Origin: Gemmatimonadota bacterium
GTDB taxonomy: Bacteria > Gemmatimonadota > Gemmatimonadetes > Gemmatimonadales > GWC2-71-9
Reading direction: 5' to 3'
NCBI GenBank assembly: GCA_039591655.1
Contig: JBDHDE010000004.1
Location: forward strand, 11,130-75,129
DNA length: 64,000 bases
In this document: piece by piece, positions 18,664 through 27,903 of the stretch
Position numbering within the stretch: position 1 is the stretch's first letter
How the letters are laid out: the number at the start of each line of letters is the position of its first letter
Position numbers and translations under genes: made by a program
The notes under the pieces: model-generated
Told to the model about the DNA's origin: nothing
What the model saw: the letters and a program-made list of their open reading frames with translations, nothing else
The model's database searches: none

Positions 18664-19937
18664 CGAAGCGCTGGCAGGTGCTCCCCCGGCTCTCGTGGCG
18701 CAACGTGCGCCGCCAGTGGCGCCGGTCGCTGCTAACGGGTACGGCCATGATGCTGGGCGTCGCCGCCCTCGTGTTCTCCCGCACAATCGGCGACGGGGCC
18801 CACGAGGACTGGATCGACAGCGGCGTGCGCCAGGGGAGCGGGCACGTTGCGGTGCAGGATCCCGGGTTTCGGGCCAGCCGCAAGCTGGAGCACCGAATCA
18901 GCGCGGCGCAGTGGGAGGCGGTGGCCGGCGCGCTCGAGGCACCCGACGTTGCACCGTACGTCGAACGGATGACGTCACGGCTCGAAGTGCTGGGCCTCGC
19001 CAACGCGCCCACCGCGGCGGTGCCCGTGAACATCGTGGGGGTCGACCCCGCGGCCGAGGCCGAGTTCTCCCAGCTCGGCGTCGAGCAGCGGCTCGTCGAG
19101 GGACGCTACCTGGAGCCCGGCGACCGCCTGCATGCCTACGTCGGGCGGCGGCTGGCTGACCGCCTGGACGTGGCGCTGGGCTCGCGCCTCGTGCTCACCG
19201 CACAGGACGAGTCCGGCGACATCGCGGGCCAGCTGGTGCGGGTCGTGGGGATCTTCCGTACGGGAGTCCCCGAGGTCGACGAAGGGCTGGTGCACGTCCC
19301 ATTGGCCACGGTGCAGCGGTGGCTCGGTGCGGAGGGGGATATCACGACGGTGGCGATCCTGCTGCGCTCGGCGTGGGATGTGCCCCGGGTGCTGCGCCGC
19401 GTGCGCGCGCGGGTCGAGGAGGCGACCGACGAGGTGGCGGTGCTGGGATGGCGCGAGGCGATGCCGGAACTCGACGCCGCCATCAAGTTGGACGACTTCT
19501 GGGGCTACGTGTTCAACATCGTGCTGTTCGTGATCGTCGCCCTGGCCATCGTTAACACGGTGCTGATGTCGGTGCTGTACCGCACCCGGGAGTTCGGCGT
19601 GCTGCGGGCGCTGGGGCTCACGAAGCGGGAGACCGCGACGGTCGTGTTCACCGAGGGGATGATGCTCACGGCGATCGCCGGGCTGATAGGGCTGGCATTG
19701 GGTTACGGACTCGTCTGGCTGCTGTTCCGCAACGGGCTTGACTACTCGGGGGCGTTGGAGGGTGACCTCACGTTCTCCGGCGTGGTGCTCGACACCGTGG
19801 TCATCCCCGTGTACCGCGGCGTGCAGGTCGTCATGAGCCTGGGGTCGATCGTGGCCGTCGGCATCGTGGCATCACTCTATCCCGCCTATCGCGCGACACG
19901 TATCGACGTCGCCGAGGCGATGAAGTTCGAGGCATGA
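18660..19937 (+). CDS. ABC transporter permease (LolC/E, FtsX family)
   Basis: WRNVRRQWRRS, NTVLMSVLYRTREFGVLRALG, SLYPA; ATGA overlap places the start at 18660. Confidence 0.9.
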   Translation: MTKRWQVLPRLSWRNVRRQWRRSLLTGTAMMLGVAALVFSRTIGDGAHEDWIDSGVRQGSGHVAVQDPGFRASRKLEHRISAAQWEAVAGALEAPDVAPYVERMTSRLEVLGLANAPTAAVPVNIVGVDPAAEAEFSQLGVEQRLVEGRYLEPGDRLHAYVGRRLADRLDVALGSRLVLTAQDESGDIAGQLVRVVGIFRTGVPEVDEGLVHVPLATVQRWLGAEGDITTVAILLRSAWDVPRVLRRVRARVEEATDEVAVLGWREAMPELDAAIKLDDFWGYVFNIVLFVIVALAIVNTVLMSVLYRTREFGVLRALGLTKRETATVVFTEGMMLTAIAGLIGLALGYGLVWLLFRNGLDYSGALEGDLTFSGVVLDTVVIPVYRGVQVVMSLGSIVAVGIVASLYPAYRATRIDVAEAMKFEA

Positions 19938-20644
19938 ACACACAACCGGCAGTGCACACGGAAGAGGTCTGGAAGGTGTTCGAGCACGACGGGATCGCGG
20001 TGGAGGCGGTCCGCGGCGTGACTATGGACATCCAGCCCGGGGAGTTCGTCGTCATGGCCGGACCCTCCGGCTCCGGCAAGACCACGCTGCTCAACTTGCT
20101 GGGCGGGCTCACCCGTCCCACGCGGGGCAAGGTGTGGATCGACGGGCAGGACCTGACCGAGATGTCGGAGCGCGCGCTCGCTAAGCTGCGGCTCCAGCGG
20201 GTCGGGTTCGTGTTCCAGGCGTACAATCTCCTGCCCGTGCTGACGGCTCTCGAGAATGCCGAGTTCTCGCTCCTGCTGCGGGGCATGGCCGAGGACGAGC
20301 GACGCCGCAAGGTGGAGGAGCTGTTCGCCACCATCGGGATCGCCGGGCTCGAAGATCGGCGGCCCTCCAAGCTATCCGGCGGGCAGCAGCAGCGGGTGGC
20401 CGTGGCTCGCGCCGTAGTCGGGGCGCCGGCCCTGGTGCTGGCCGATGAGCCGACGGCGAACCTCGACCGGGCCTCCAGCGTGGCACTGCTCGACGTGATG
20501 GCTGAGCTAAACCGGGAGCTCGGCGTCACATTCGTGTTCGCCACTCACGACCCGCAGCTCATGGAGCGGGCCCAGCGCCTCATCCGCCTGGTGGACGGCG
20601 CGATCGAGTCGGATCAGCGGCGCGAAGAACCGCCCGTTGCATGA
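19934..20644 (+). CDS. ABC transporter ATP-binding protein (LolD/MacB family)
   Basis: GPSGSGKT, LSGGQQQR, LADEPT, ATHD. Confidence 0.95.
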   Translation: MNTQPAVHTEEVWKVFEHDGIAVEAVRGVTMDIQPGEFVVMAGPSGSGKTTLLNLLGGLTRPTRGKVWIDGQDLTEMSERALAKLRLQRVGFVFQAYNLLPVLTALENAEFSLLLRGMAEDERRRKVEELFATIGIAGLEDRRPSKLSGGQQQRVAVARAVVGAPALVLADEPTANLDRASSVALLDVMAELNRELGVTFVFATHDPQLMERAQRLIRLVDGAIESDQRREEPPVA

Positions 20645-21852
20645 TCCGGCGGGCGCTGCTCGGGCTCCTGCTCTGCGCCGCTCCCCTTGGCGCCGCCCGA
20701 GCGCAGCTCCCGCAGATTAGCGGCTACTACCTGGATGTGTGGGTGGGCTCCGACGCGAGCCCGTTCGCGGACGCGAGCCTGCTTGGATTCCAGCGTTTCC
20801 GGCTGATGACGGCGCCGGTGTATGGGCGCTGGGCGTTCGACGTGGCGTACGAGCACGCGCTCACCGTGCGGAGCGACCTTCTGGCCGGCTTCCTGGGACC
20901 GGGTGGAGAGCAGGGCAGGGGGGCGGGCGACTGGCTCCCCCTGCAGGGCACCATCGAAGAAACGGAGCACGTCGAGTGGCGGCACCGCGTCGACCGGCTC
21001 TCGGTGAGCTACCTCGGCGACGCGTTCGATGTGACGCTGGGGCGGCAGCCGGTGTCGTGGGCCACCACGCTGTATCTCACGCCGGCCGACCCGTTCCAGC
21101 CCTTCGACCCCTCCGATCCGTTCCGCGAGTACCGTCTCGGGGTCGACGCGGCGCGCGTTCGTGTCTTCACCGGGCCGATGACCGAGCTGGAGGCAGTGGC
21201 CCGCTTGGCGGAGACGACGACGGACACCACCATCACAGCGCTGGCACGCGCGCGCACCGCGCTGGGCAGGTGGGAGCTGGTGGCCTGGGCGGGGGTGGTG
21301 CACGACGAGCCCTCCATTTCCGCTGCCGCCACCGTCACCGTCGCCGGCGCCGCGCTCCGGGGTGAAGCAGTCCTGCGCCGCAGCAAGGACGCCGCCGGCG
21401 CGGAGCAGACGGTGCTGCGCTTCACCGTGGGCGCGGACCGCAGCTTCAACCTGGCCGGACGCAACCTGTACCTGCTGGCGGAGTACCAGCGCGACGGCTT
21501 CGGGGCGGCGAGCTCGGACGAGCTGTTGGAGGTCGCGCTGTCGCCCGCGTCGCGCCGCGGCGAGCTCCAAGTGCTGGGGCGCGATGAGATGGTCGCGCTG
21601 GCCAGCTACGAGTGGCACCCGCTGTGGACCGCGAACTTCCTGGCCATCTGGAACCTCGACGATCCCAGCCTGCTGCTCACGCCGTCCGTGGCGTTCTCGG
21701 CCTCAGAAGAGGTGACAGCGCAGGGGGGGATGTTCTTCGGGGTGGGGGAGGACCTGGGGGAGCCGATTCCGGGGCTCGGCGTCCGGGCGCCGGGATCGGA
21801 GTACGGTCCTGTGCCGGCCACCGGATACGTATCGGTGACGGTGTTCTTCTAG
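20641..21852 (+). CDS. Putative outer-membrane beta-barrel protein
   Basis: Signal peptide, TLGRQPVSW, GVDA, amphipathic strands, C-terminal YVSVTVFF beta signal. Confidence 0.7.
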   Translation: MIRRALLGLLLCAAPLGAARAQLPQISGYYLDVWVGSDASPFADASLLGFQRFRLMTAPVYGRWAFDVAYEHALTVRSDLLAGFLGPGGEQGRGAGDWLPLQGTIEETEHVEWRHRVDRLSVSYLGDAFDVTLGRQPVSWATTLYLTPADPFQPFDPSDPFREYRLGVDAARVRVFTGPMTELEAVARLAETTTDTTITALARARTALGRWELVAWAGVVHDEPSISAAATVTVAGAALRGEAVLRRSKDAAGAEQTVLRFTVGADRSFNLAGRNLYLLAEYQRDGFGAASSDELLEVALSPASRRGELQVLGRDEMVALASYEWHPLWTANFLAIWNLDDPSLLLTPSVAFSASEEVTAQGGMFFGVGEDLGEPIPGLGVRAPGSEYGPVPATGYVSVTVFF

Positions 21853-21856
21853 CGGC

Positions 21857-22489
21857 TCAGCGGGCCGCCGCCGCGCCCTCCAACATCCCGTGAATCCGCG
21901 TGAGCAGCATGTCCACCGCGGCCTTGTTGTACCCGCCCTCCGGGATGATGACCTCCGCGTAGCGCTTGCTGGGCTCCACGAACTCGAGGTGCATGGGGCG
22001 CACCGTCTGTAGGTACTGCCGCACGACCGAATCCAGGTCCCGCCCTCGCTCCCTCAGGTCGCGGTCGATGCGCCGAATGATCCGGAGATCGGCGTCGGTG
22101 TCGACGAAGACGCGGAGATCCATGAGACTGCGCAGTGCGGGCTCGGCGAGCACGAGAATACCCTCCAGGATGACCGCTCGCCTGGGTTCGGCCGGGACGG
22201 TGGCGCCGTCGCGCACGTGCTCCGTGAAGTCGTACACCGGAACCTCGATGGGCCGCTCCTTCTTGAGGGCCTTCACGTGCTCGACCAGGAGCTCGCTCTC
22301 GAGGGCGTCGGGGTGATCGTAGTTGATCCGCTTCCGCTCCAGGGGGGGGAGCTCGCTGCGGTCGCGGTAGTAGGAGTCGTGCTGGATGAACGTGACGTGC
22401 TCGTGTCCCAGAGCACGGATGATCTGTTGGGCGACCGTGGTCTTGCCCGAGCCGGAGCCGCCGGCGACGCCGATGATGAGGGGTGGCAC
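21857..22489 (-). CDS. udk: Uridine kinase
   Basis: IGVAGGSGSGKTT, DSYY, NYDHPDA, ILEGIL, RRIDRD, VRPMHLEFVEPSK. Confidence 0.95.
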   Translation of the reverse strand: MPPLIIGVAGGSGSGKTTVAQQIIRALGHEHVTFIQHDSYYRDRSELPPLERKRINYDHPDALESELLVEHVKALKKERPIEVPVYDFTEHVRDGATVPAEPRRAVILEGILVLAEPALRSLMDLRVFVDTDADLRIIRRIDRDLRERGRDLDSVVRQYLQTVRPMHLEFVEPSKRYAEVIIPEGGYNKAAVDMLLTRIHGMLEGAAAAR

Positions 22490-22638
22490 GTCGGTATGCC
22501 CACTTTCCAGGGTGGCTGAATGCTCGTCCAGCGTGCGGGGGTGGTCAAGCGGTCGGGTCCGGGTGTTTTCGGTCTAGTTGGGCTGCGCCGGCGAGCCGGC
22601 AGCAGGCCGCAGCCCACAGGGGTCGAGTGCCTGCAGCG

Positions 22639-22663
22639 TAACACGTTGTTGTTCAATCTGTTA
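22639..22663. promoter_or_regulatory. 25-bp AT-rich dyad (IHF-like half sites)
   Basis: TAACACGTTGTTGTTCAATCTGTTA; same architecture as 41068-41092. Confidence 0.5.
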
Positions 22664-22687
22664 AGTGGTCCGCGCCCCGGGGCGAGG

Positions 22688-23932
22688 CTACTCGTAGCGC
22701 AGCGACTCCACCGGATCCACGTTGGCGGCCCGGCGGGCCGGCAGCACCCCGGCGGCGAGGCCGATCATCACCAGGATCGAGACACAGATCAGGGCGATGG
22801 GCCAGGAGAGGATGGGGTTGGCGATGTATGCCATGGCCTCGTTGTCGCTGGGAATGGCGTTGGTCGCTGCCACCACGAGCCCCGAGAAGAGCAGCCCCAG
22901 GCCGCCGCCCACGAAAGCGATGAGCATGGCCTCGAAGATGAACTGTCCCATGATGTGCGGCTTGCGGGCGCCCACGGCCAGCTTGATGCCGATCTCCCGG
23001 GTGCGCTCCCGCACCACGACGTACATGATGTTGGCCACGCCCACGCCGGCGATGAGCAGGGTGAAGGCGCCCACCAGGCCGAGGAAGACCTGGATCCCGA
23101 TGCCGATCTGGTTCACCAGTTTGGCGTCCTCCACGAAATCCCACATTTGGAGGGCCCGGATGTCCTCGGGGTCGAACTTGTACTTGCGTCCCAGCACGCG
23201 GTACAAGGCGGCCTTGGCCCGCTCCGCTTCCTCCACGCTGCGGGGCCGCACGATGAGGTGGCCCACGTAGCGGCGGCCGTAGATCGTCCTGAAGGTGGAC
23301 GCCGGGATGATGGCGCGGTTCTCGTCGGGGCCGTTATTGCTGGAGTCCTGGAACTTCCTCTGCATCACGCCGATGACCGTGAACGGCAGACCGTCGAGCA
23401 TCACGCTCTGGCCCACGGGGTCGCTCTCGGGGAAGAGCCGCCCGGCGATGCGGTTGCCCAGGAAGAGCACCCGGCGCCGCTGCTCCATGTCCTGCTGGTT
23501 GAGAAAGCGCCCGCCTGCGGCCGGGAACATGCGGCGCAGCTCGGAGAACTCGGGGGCCACGCCCTCCATGTAGGTGTTGGTTTGCTGGTCCCCCGCGCGA
23601 AGGCTCGTGCCCCAGCGGCCGTAGGACGGACTCCCCATCTCGAACTCGGGGATCGATTGCAGGACGAGGTCGAGGTCCTCCTCCGTGAGCCGGATGCTGC
23701 GGCCGGTAGGCAGCCCCTCGAACACCCGGCTCGTCTGGCCGCCGTACACCATGAAGATCTGGTCACCGGCGTTCACCAGGCCGCGCACGATGGCTACCTT
23801 GAGCCCCTCGCCGAAGGAGAGCAGGAGCACCACGGCGACGGTCCCCCAGGTCATTGCGAGCATGGTCAGGGTGGCCCGCAGCTTCTGCTTCCTCAGGTCA
23901 CCGATGAACTCCTCGAGCAGGATCTTCCACAT
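22688..23932 (-). CDS. ABC transporter permease (MacB-like, no ATPase domain)
   Basis: LRATLT, GGRF, FTVIGV, GVGVANIMYVVVRERTREIGIK, PARRAANVDPVESLRYE. Confidence 0.92.
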   Translation of the reverse strand: MWKILLEEFIGDLRKQKLRATLTMLAMTWGTVAVVLLLSFGEGLKVAIVRGLVNAGDQIFMVYGGQTSRVFEGLPTGRSIRLTEEDLDLVLQSIPEFEMGSPSYGRWGTSLRAGDQQTNTYMEGVAPEFSELRRMFPAAGGRFLNQQDMEQRRRVLFLGNRIAGRLFPESDPVGQSVMLDGLPFTVIGVMQRKFQDSSNNGPDENRAIIPASTFRTIYGRRYVGHLIVRPRSVEEAERAKAALYRVLGRKYKFDPEDIRALQMWDFVEDAKLVNQIGIGIQVFLGLVGAFTLLIAGVGVANIMYVVVRERTREIGIKLAVGARKPHIMGQFIFEAMLIAFVGGGLGLLFSGLVVAATNAIPSDNEAMAYIANPILSWPIALICVSILVMIGLAAGVLPARRAANVDPVESLRYE

Positions 23933-23936
23933 GGCC

Positions 23937-25169
23937 TCAGTACCTCAGACACTCGACGGGGTCGAGGTTCGCGGCCTTGCGGGCGGGGAACAGGCCGGCC
24001 ATGAAGGCAATGGCTGCGAGGAGCGACAGCGTGACGGCGCCGACCAGCGGCGAGATGGTCGGGGTGCCAACGAAGTCCTGTAGCGGGACGAAGCTCAGCA
24101 GCCAGACGATGCCGTAGGAGAAGGAGAATCCACACAGCGCTCCCAACCCCACGATCAGGAACGTCTCGGCAAAGAACTGGAACAGGATGTCGCGCTTCTT
24201 GGCGCCCACGGAACGCTTGATCCCGATCTCACGGGTGCGCTCCCGCACGACGATGTACATGATGTTCGCCACGCCGATGCCGCCTACGGTCAGCGTGAAG
24301 CTGCCGACCAGCGCGAAGAACACGTTGAATCCGAAGAACAGGTAGCCGAACATCCGCTCGATCTCGGCCGTGTCCCAGACAGAGAGAGCATCCTCGTCCT
24401 GTGGGTCGAACGTGTAGCGGCGGCTCAGCACCTGGTACACCTGCTGCTCGTATTCCTCGGACAGGTTTGCGTCGGCGACGCGGTACACGAAGTTGTTCAC
24501 GTAGCGGTTGCCGAAGATCGCGGTGTGGGTGCTGGCCGGGATGAAGACCCGGTCCTTGTCGCGTCCGTTGTAGGACGAGTTCTGGAGCTTGGGCTGCATC
24601 ACCCCAATCACCGTGAACGGCGTCTCCCCGATGAACACCTGTCGGCCTACCGGCTCTTGGTCCTCGAACAGGAGTTCCGCCAGCTCGTCCCCCAGGAACG
24701 CAACCCGCCGTCGCTGGGCCTGGTCGCTCTCGTTGATGAACCGCCCGCCCATCTCGGGGATGATGTTCCGCATCAACCCGTAGACTGGGTAGATGCCGGT
24801 GATGTTGGGATTGGCGCTGTTGATGCCGCGCCTGATGGGCGTGCGCCGGTTGCTGTACTCGGGGCTGATCATCACGATGCCGGGGATCTCGCGACTGAGC
24901 TGCTCGCCGACGTCTTCGTGCAGCCGGATGTAGCGGCCCTCCCCGAAACCCTGGAAGGCCACCGTCGTGCGGCCGCCCCACAGGATCACGATCCGGTCAC
25001 CCAGGCCGTGGAACCGCTTGCGGGTCTGGCGCTCCAGCCCGACGCCGAATGCCAACAGCACCACCACCGCCACCGTGCCCCATGCGATCCCCAGGACGGT
25101 GAGGGTAGTACGCAGCCGCTGCGCCTTGAGGTCGGCGAGGAACTCGCGAAAGACGTTGCCGAGCCGCAT
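23937..25169 (-). CDS. ABC transporter permease (MacB-like, no ATPase domain)
   Basis: LRTTLT, GGRFIN, GGIGVANIMYIVVRERTREIG, PARKAANLDPVECLRY; paralog of the adjacent permease. Confidence 0.92.
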   Translation of the reverse strand: MRLGNVFREFLADLKAQRLRTTLTVLGIAWGTVAVVVLLAFGVGLERQTRKRFHGLGDRIVILWGGRTTVAFQGFGEGRYIRLHEDVGEQLSREIPGIVMISPEYSNRRTPIRRGINSANPNITGIYPVYGLMRNIIPEMGGRFINESDQAQRRRVAFLGDELAELLFEDQEPVGRQVFIGETPFTVIGVMQPKLQNSSYNGRDKDRVFIPASTHTAIFGNRYVNNFVYRVADANLSEEYEQQVYQVLSRRYTFDPQDEDALSVWDTAEIERMFGYLFFGFNVFFALVGSFTLTVGGIGVANIMYIVVRERTREIGIKRSVGAKKRDILFQFFAETFLIVGLGALCGFSFSYGIVWLLSFVPLQDFVGTPTISPLVGAVTLSLLAAIAFMAGLFPARKAANLDPVECLRY

Positions 25170-25175
25170 GGGGCG

Positions 25176-26273
25176 CTACTGGATCTCCCGCGGCGGCGGT
25201 TCCACCACCTGTTCATCCTCGCGCAGGCCCGAGATGACCTCGAGGTTGATGGCGTCGCTCAATCCCGTCTCGATCACCCGCTCCTCGGTGCTCCCGTCGG
25301 GAAGGAGCACCGTGACGGTAGCCGTGTCCTCGGCGAACGTGACCAGGCGCTCGGGGACGATAAGCACGCTGTCCCGCTGGTCGATGATCACGTCGGCGTT
25401 GGCCGAGTATCCGGCCCGCAGGATCGTCCCGTGAGTCTCGGTGAGCGTGATCTCGACGGGGAAGACCGTCGAGTTGTCCTCGGTGCGGGCCTTGAGTGAG
25501 ATGCGGGTGAGCATCCCGTCCACCTCGGCGTCCGGCAGGGCACCAATCTTGATCGTGACCGGCATGCCTTCGTTGAGCCGCCCCACGTCGATCTCGTCCA
25601 CCGTGCCGCGGAACACCAGCTTGTTCATCTCGGCCATCGTCATCAGCACCGTGCCCTCCTGGTAGGTGCTGAGTGGCACCACCGGGTCGCCGACCTCCAC
25701 CGTTTTCTCGAGGATGAAGCCGTCGATGGGGGACCGGACCACGGTCTCGATGTCCTCCTCGGCGATCGTGATCTTGCCCTCTTCCATCAGCGCCAGGCGC
25801 TCCAGGGCCATCTGGAGCTGGACCTCCTGCTCGGCATAGCGCTGCTCGGTCTCCTGCAACTCCCGCTCTGAGATGAGCCCCTGCCGGCTCAAGGCCCGCT
25901 GCCGCGCCACATCGCGCTGCAGGTTATCCAGCTCGATCTGCCGAAGCTCCAGCAGCCGCCGGGCATTGGCCAGCTCGAGCGGCGTGGGATTCGGCTTGAC
26001 CTCCAGCAGCGGGTCCCCGGCCCGAACGAAGTCCCCCTCGTCGGCCAGCAGCCGTCGCACGACTCCCGAGGTCTGGGACTTGATGGAGATCTCGATCTCC
26101 GGCTCGATGCGGCCCACCGCCAGCGCTTTGTCCACAATGGTGCCGCGCTCCACGGCCACGGTCTGGACGCCATTGTCCCGCCCGCTGCCGCGGGAGACGC
26201 TCACGACCACGACCAGGCCAGCGATCACGACCAGCCCACCGACGCCGATTACGAACTTGGTGCGACGCTTCAT
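25176..26273 (-). CDS. Periplasmic adaptor / membrane fusion protein (MacA-like)
   Basis: N-terminal anchor, SGVV...GDFVRAGDPL lipoyl half, helical hairpin, RSPIDG, VDEIDV, SGLREDEQV. Confidence 0.9.
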   Translation of the reverse strand: MKRRTKFVIGVGGLVVIAGLVVVVSVSRGSGRDNGVQTVAVERGTIVDKALAVGRIEPEIEISIKSQTSGVVRRLLADEGDFVRAGDPLLEVKPNPTPLELANARRLLELRQIELDNLQRDVARQRALSRQGLISERELQETEQRYAEQEVQLQMALERLALMEEGKITIAEEDIETVVRSPIDGFILEKTVEVGDPVVPLSTYQEGTVLMTMAEMNKLVFRGTVDEIDVGRLNEGMPVTIKIGALPDAEVDGMLTRISLKARTEDNSTVFPVEITLTETHGTILRAGYSANADVIIDQRDSVLIVPERLVTFAEDTATVTVLLPDGSTEERVIETGLSDAINLEVISGLREDEQVVEPPPREIQ

Positions 26274-26350
26274 GCTGTGTGTCCTTGCGGTAGATCCTCG
26301 TTGAAGCGGGCCCGACCCGACGTCGAGGTCCGCGTTGCACGGTGAGACAA

Positions 26351-26821
26351 TCAGCGGGCCACGAGCCGGATACGGCCCTCGCCCGTCTCGATCTCCAGAT
26401 ACCCGTCGACCTGGGCGGCAATCACGGCCAGCAGCGATCCGGCCACGGCGATGTCGGTCACTACCGTCTCCCCGTCCAGATCCATCTCGCCGTCCCACTC
26501 CTGGCTCAGGATCTCGAGCACGCCGTCCAGTGACGCCGCTACTGAGGCGCTGGCCGAAGCGCTGAGGTGGACACCTTCGGCCTCCAGCTCCCGGCTCATC
26601 GCTTCGAGCAGGGGCAGCGCCAGTCGTACCTCGGCGCCGCTGCCCGCGGTCTCCCGCGCTACTGCCGCTCTGGTGCGAGGGGTGGTTGGTGCCGGGACCA
26701 CTGCAACCGGGACCGGGTCAGCGACCGCCACCGATGCACCCTCCTTGCTGCGGTCCATCACGGTGTCGGCGACGTATCCGCAGACCAGGGCGGCCGGAAT
26801 CAGGATGACGAGCGGGCGCAT
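26351..26821 (-). CDS. Hypothetical membrane-anchored acidic protein
   Basis: GGAGG RBS before MRPLVILIP, hydrophobic N-terminus; first gene of the adaptor/permease run. Confidence 0.6.
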   Translation of the reverse strand: MRPLVILIPAALVCGYVADTVMDRSKEGASVAVADPVPVAVVPAPTTPRTRAAVARETAGSGAEVRLALPLLEAMSRELEAEGVHLSASASASVAASLDGVLEILSQEWDGEMDLDGETVVTDIAVAGSLLAVIAAQVDGYLEIETGEGRIRLVAR

Positions 26822-26882
26822 AGCGACCTCCAGGGTGATCGACGACGCGGCCGGTTGTGGGAACCTGACCGCCACACTCCCC

Positions 26883-26908
26883 TACGGAGGTGGCTTGAGC
26901 AGGTTTCG
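26883..26908 (-). promoter_or_regulatory. ECF-sigma-like promoter for the MacAB-like cluster
   Basis: CGAAAC-N16-CGTA on the minus strand, about 60 bp upstream of 26821. Confidence 0.55.
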
Positions 26909-26941
26909 GGATGGGGCTCGGCAGGGGGCTATATTGCTGCC

Positions 26942-27397
26942 ATGACATCGGTGCGCGATGTGGAGATCGCCGCCGCCCGGCCGGCCGAGCTTGCCGCGGT
27001 GCAAAACCTGCTGCGGCGGGCGGAGCTGCCCACCGAGGGGCTCGATCCCCACGTGGATACGCTCCTGGTGGCGCGGGATGGGGAGTGGGTGGTCGGCTCC
27101 GCCGCCCTCGAGGTCTATGGCGCCAGCGCCCTGCTGCGTTCGGTGGCGGTGGATTCCGCTTGGCGGGGGCGTGGCCTGGGGGTGGCCCTCGCGGAGGCCG
27201 CCCTTGCTCTGGCCCGGGATCGCGGGGTGGCCCGCATCTATCTCCTCACCGAAACCGCCGGAGGTTTCTTCCCGCGGTTCGGGTTTCGAGCCATTCCCCG
27301 GACGGAGGTAGGGCCGGAGGTCCAGCGGTCGGAGGAGTTCACCTCCCTCTGCCCGGAGAGCTGTCTGGCGATGGTGCTGGAGTTGGGGACCGGGTGA
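26942..27397 (+). CDS. arsN2: GNAT N-acetyltransferase, ArsN2-like
   Basis: ALLRSVAV, WRGRGLG, YLLTETAGGFF, SEEFTSLCPES; TATATT 6 nt upstream of ATG. Confidence 0.8.
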   Translation: MTSVRDVEIAAARPAELAAVQNLLRRAELPTEGLDPHVDTLLVARDGEWVVGSAALEVYGASALLRSVAVDSAWRGRGLGVALAEAALALARDRGVARIYLLTETAGGFFPRFGFRAIPRTEVGPEVQRSEEFTSLCPESCLAMVLELGTG

Positions 27398-27460
27398 TGG
27401 GAGAGCGGTGAGACGGGAGTGCCCGGGGGCGTAGCTGTCAGGGAATCGGCTCGAACAACA

Positions 27461-27489
27461 AGGGCCCCGGCGTTGCTCGCCGGGGCCCT
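27461..27489 (-). terminator. Intrinsic terminator of the ferredoxin gene
   Basis: Perfect 12-bp stem AGGGCCCCGGCG/CGCCGGGGCCCT, 5-nt loop, followed on the minus strand by TGTTGTT. Confidence 0.75.
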
Positions 27490-27515
27490 CGCGTCAGATC
27501 GATTCGAGGCGACCC

Positions 27516-27788
27516 TCAGCCGCCCTTCCCCTTGGCCACTTGCCGCTCCGCGCCGCCCTCGAAGTACTTGTAGTTCTTCTCGATGAAGCTCTTCCACTCC
27601 TCGGGGACATCCTCCTCGGGGTAGATGGCATTCACCGGGCACTCCGGCTCGCACGCCCCGCAGTCGATGCACTCTTCGGGGTGGATATACAGCATATCCT
27701 CGCCCTCATAGATGCAGTCCACCGGACACACATCCACACACCCCCTGTCCATCGTCCCGACGCAAGGATCACAAATGATGTACGTCAT
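27516..27788 (-). CDS. Ferredoxin (7Fe-type, FdxA-like)
   Basis: [10 protein letters not shown] and [21 protein letters not shown]. Confidence 0.93.
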   Translation of the reverse strand: MTYIICDPCVGTMDRGCVDVCPVDCIYEGEDMLYIHPEECIDCGACEPECPVNAIYPEEDVPEEWKSFIEKNYKYFEGGAERQVAKGKGG

Positions 27789-27834
27789 GCTTGCTCCTCT
27801 CCGGAAGCGCTCCCGATGCCGGTAGCCGCCTGGA

Positions 27835-27863
27835 ATTCTGTTCAGGCCAGTTAACCATGTCAA
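27835..27863 (-). promoter_or_regulatory. Sigma70-type promoter for ferredoxin
   Basis: TTGACA-N17-CAGAAT on the minus strand. Confidence 0.65.
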
Positions 27864-27903
27864 GTGAGTTGCCGCGCGTCCGGGCCCTGGTCATCTTGCG
27901 CCA

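Noticed and set aside
22342..22349. G8 homopolymer in udk as a phase-variation site
   Set aside because: Frame is intact, it encodes Leu-Pro-Pro-Leu, and such runs are expected in high-GC DNA.
27789..27903. Cobalamin riboswitch upstream of the BtuF-like gene
   Set aside because: The gap is 115 bp, is occupied by promoters and the ferredoxin leader, and has no recognisable B12 box.
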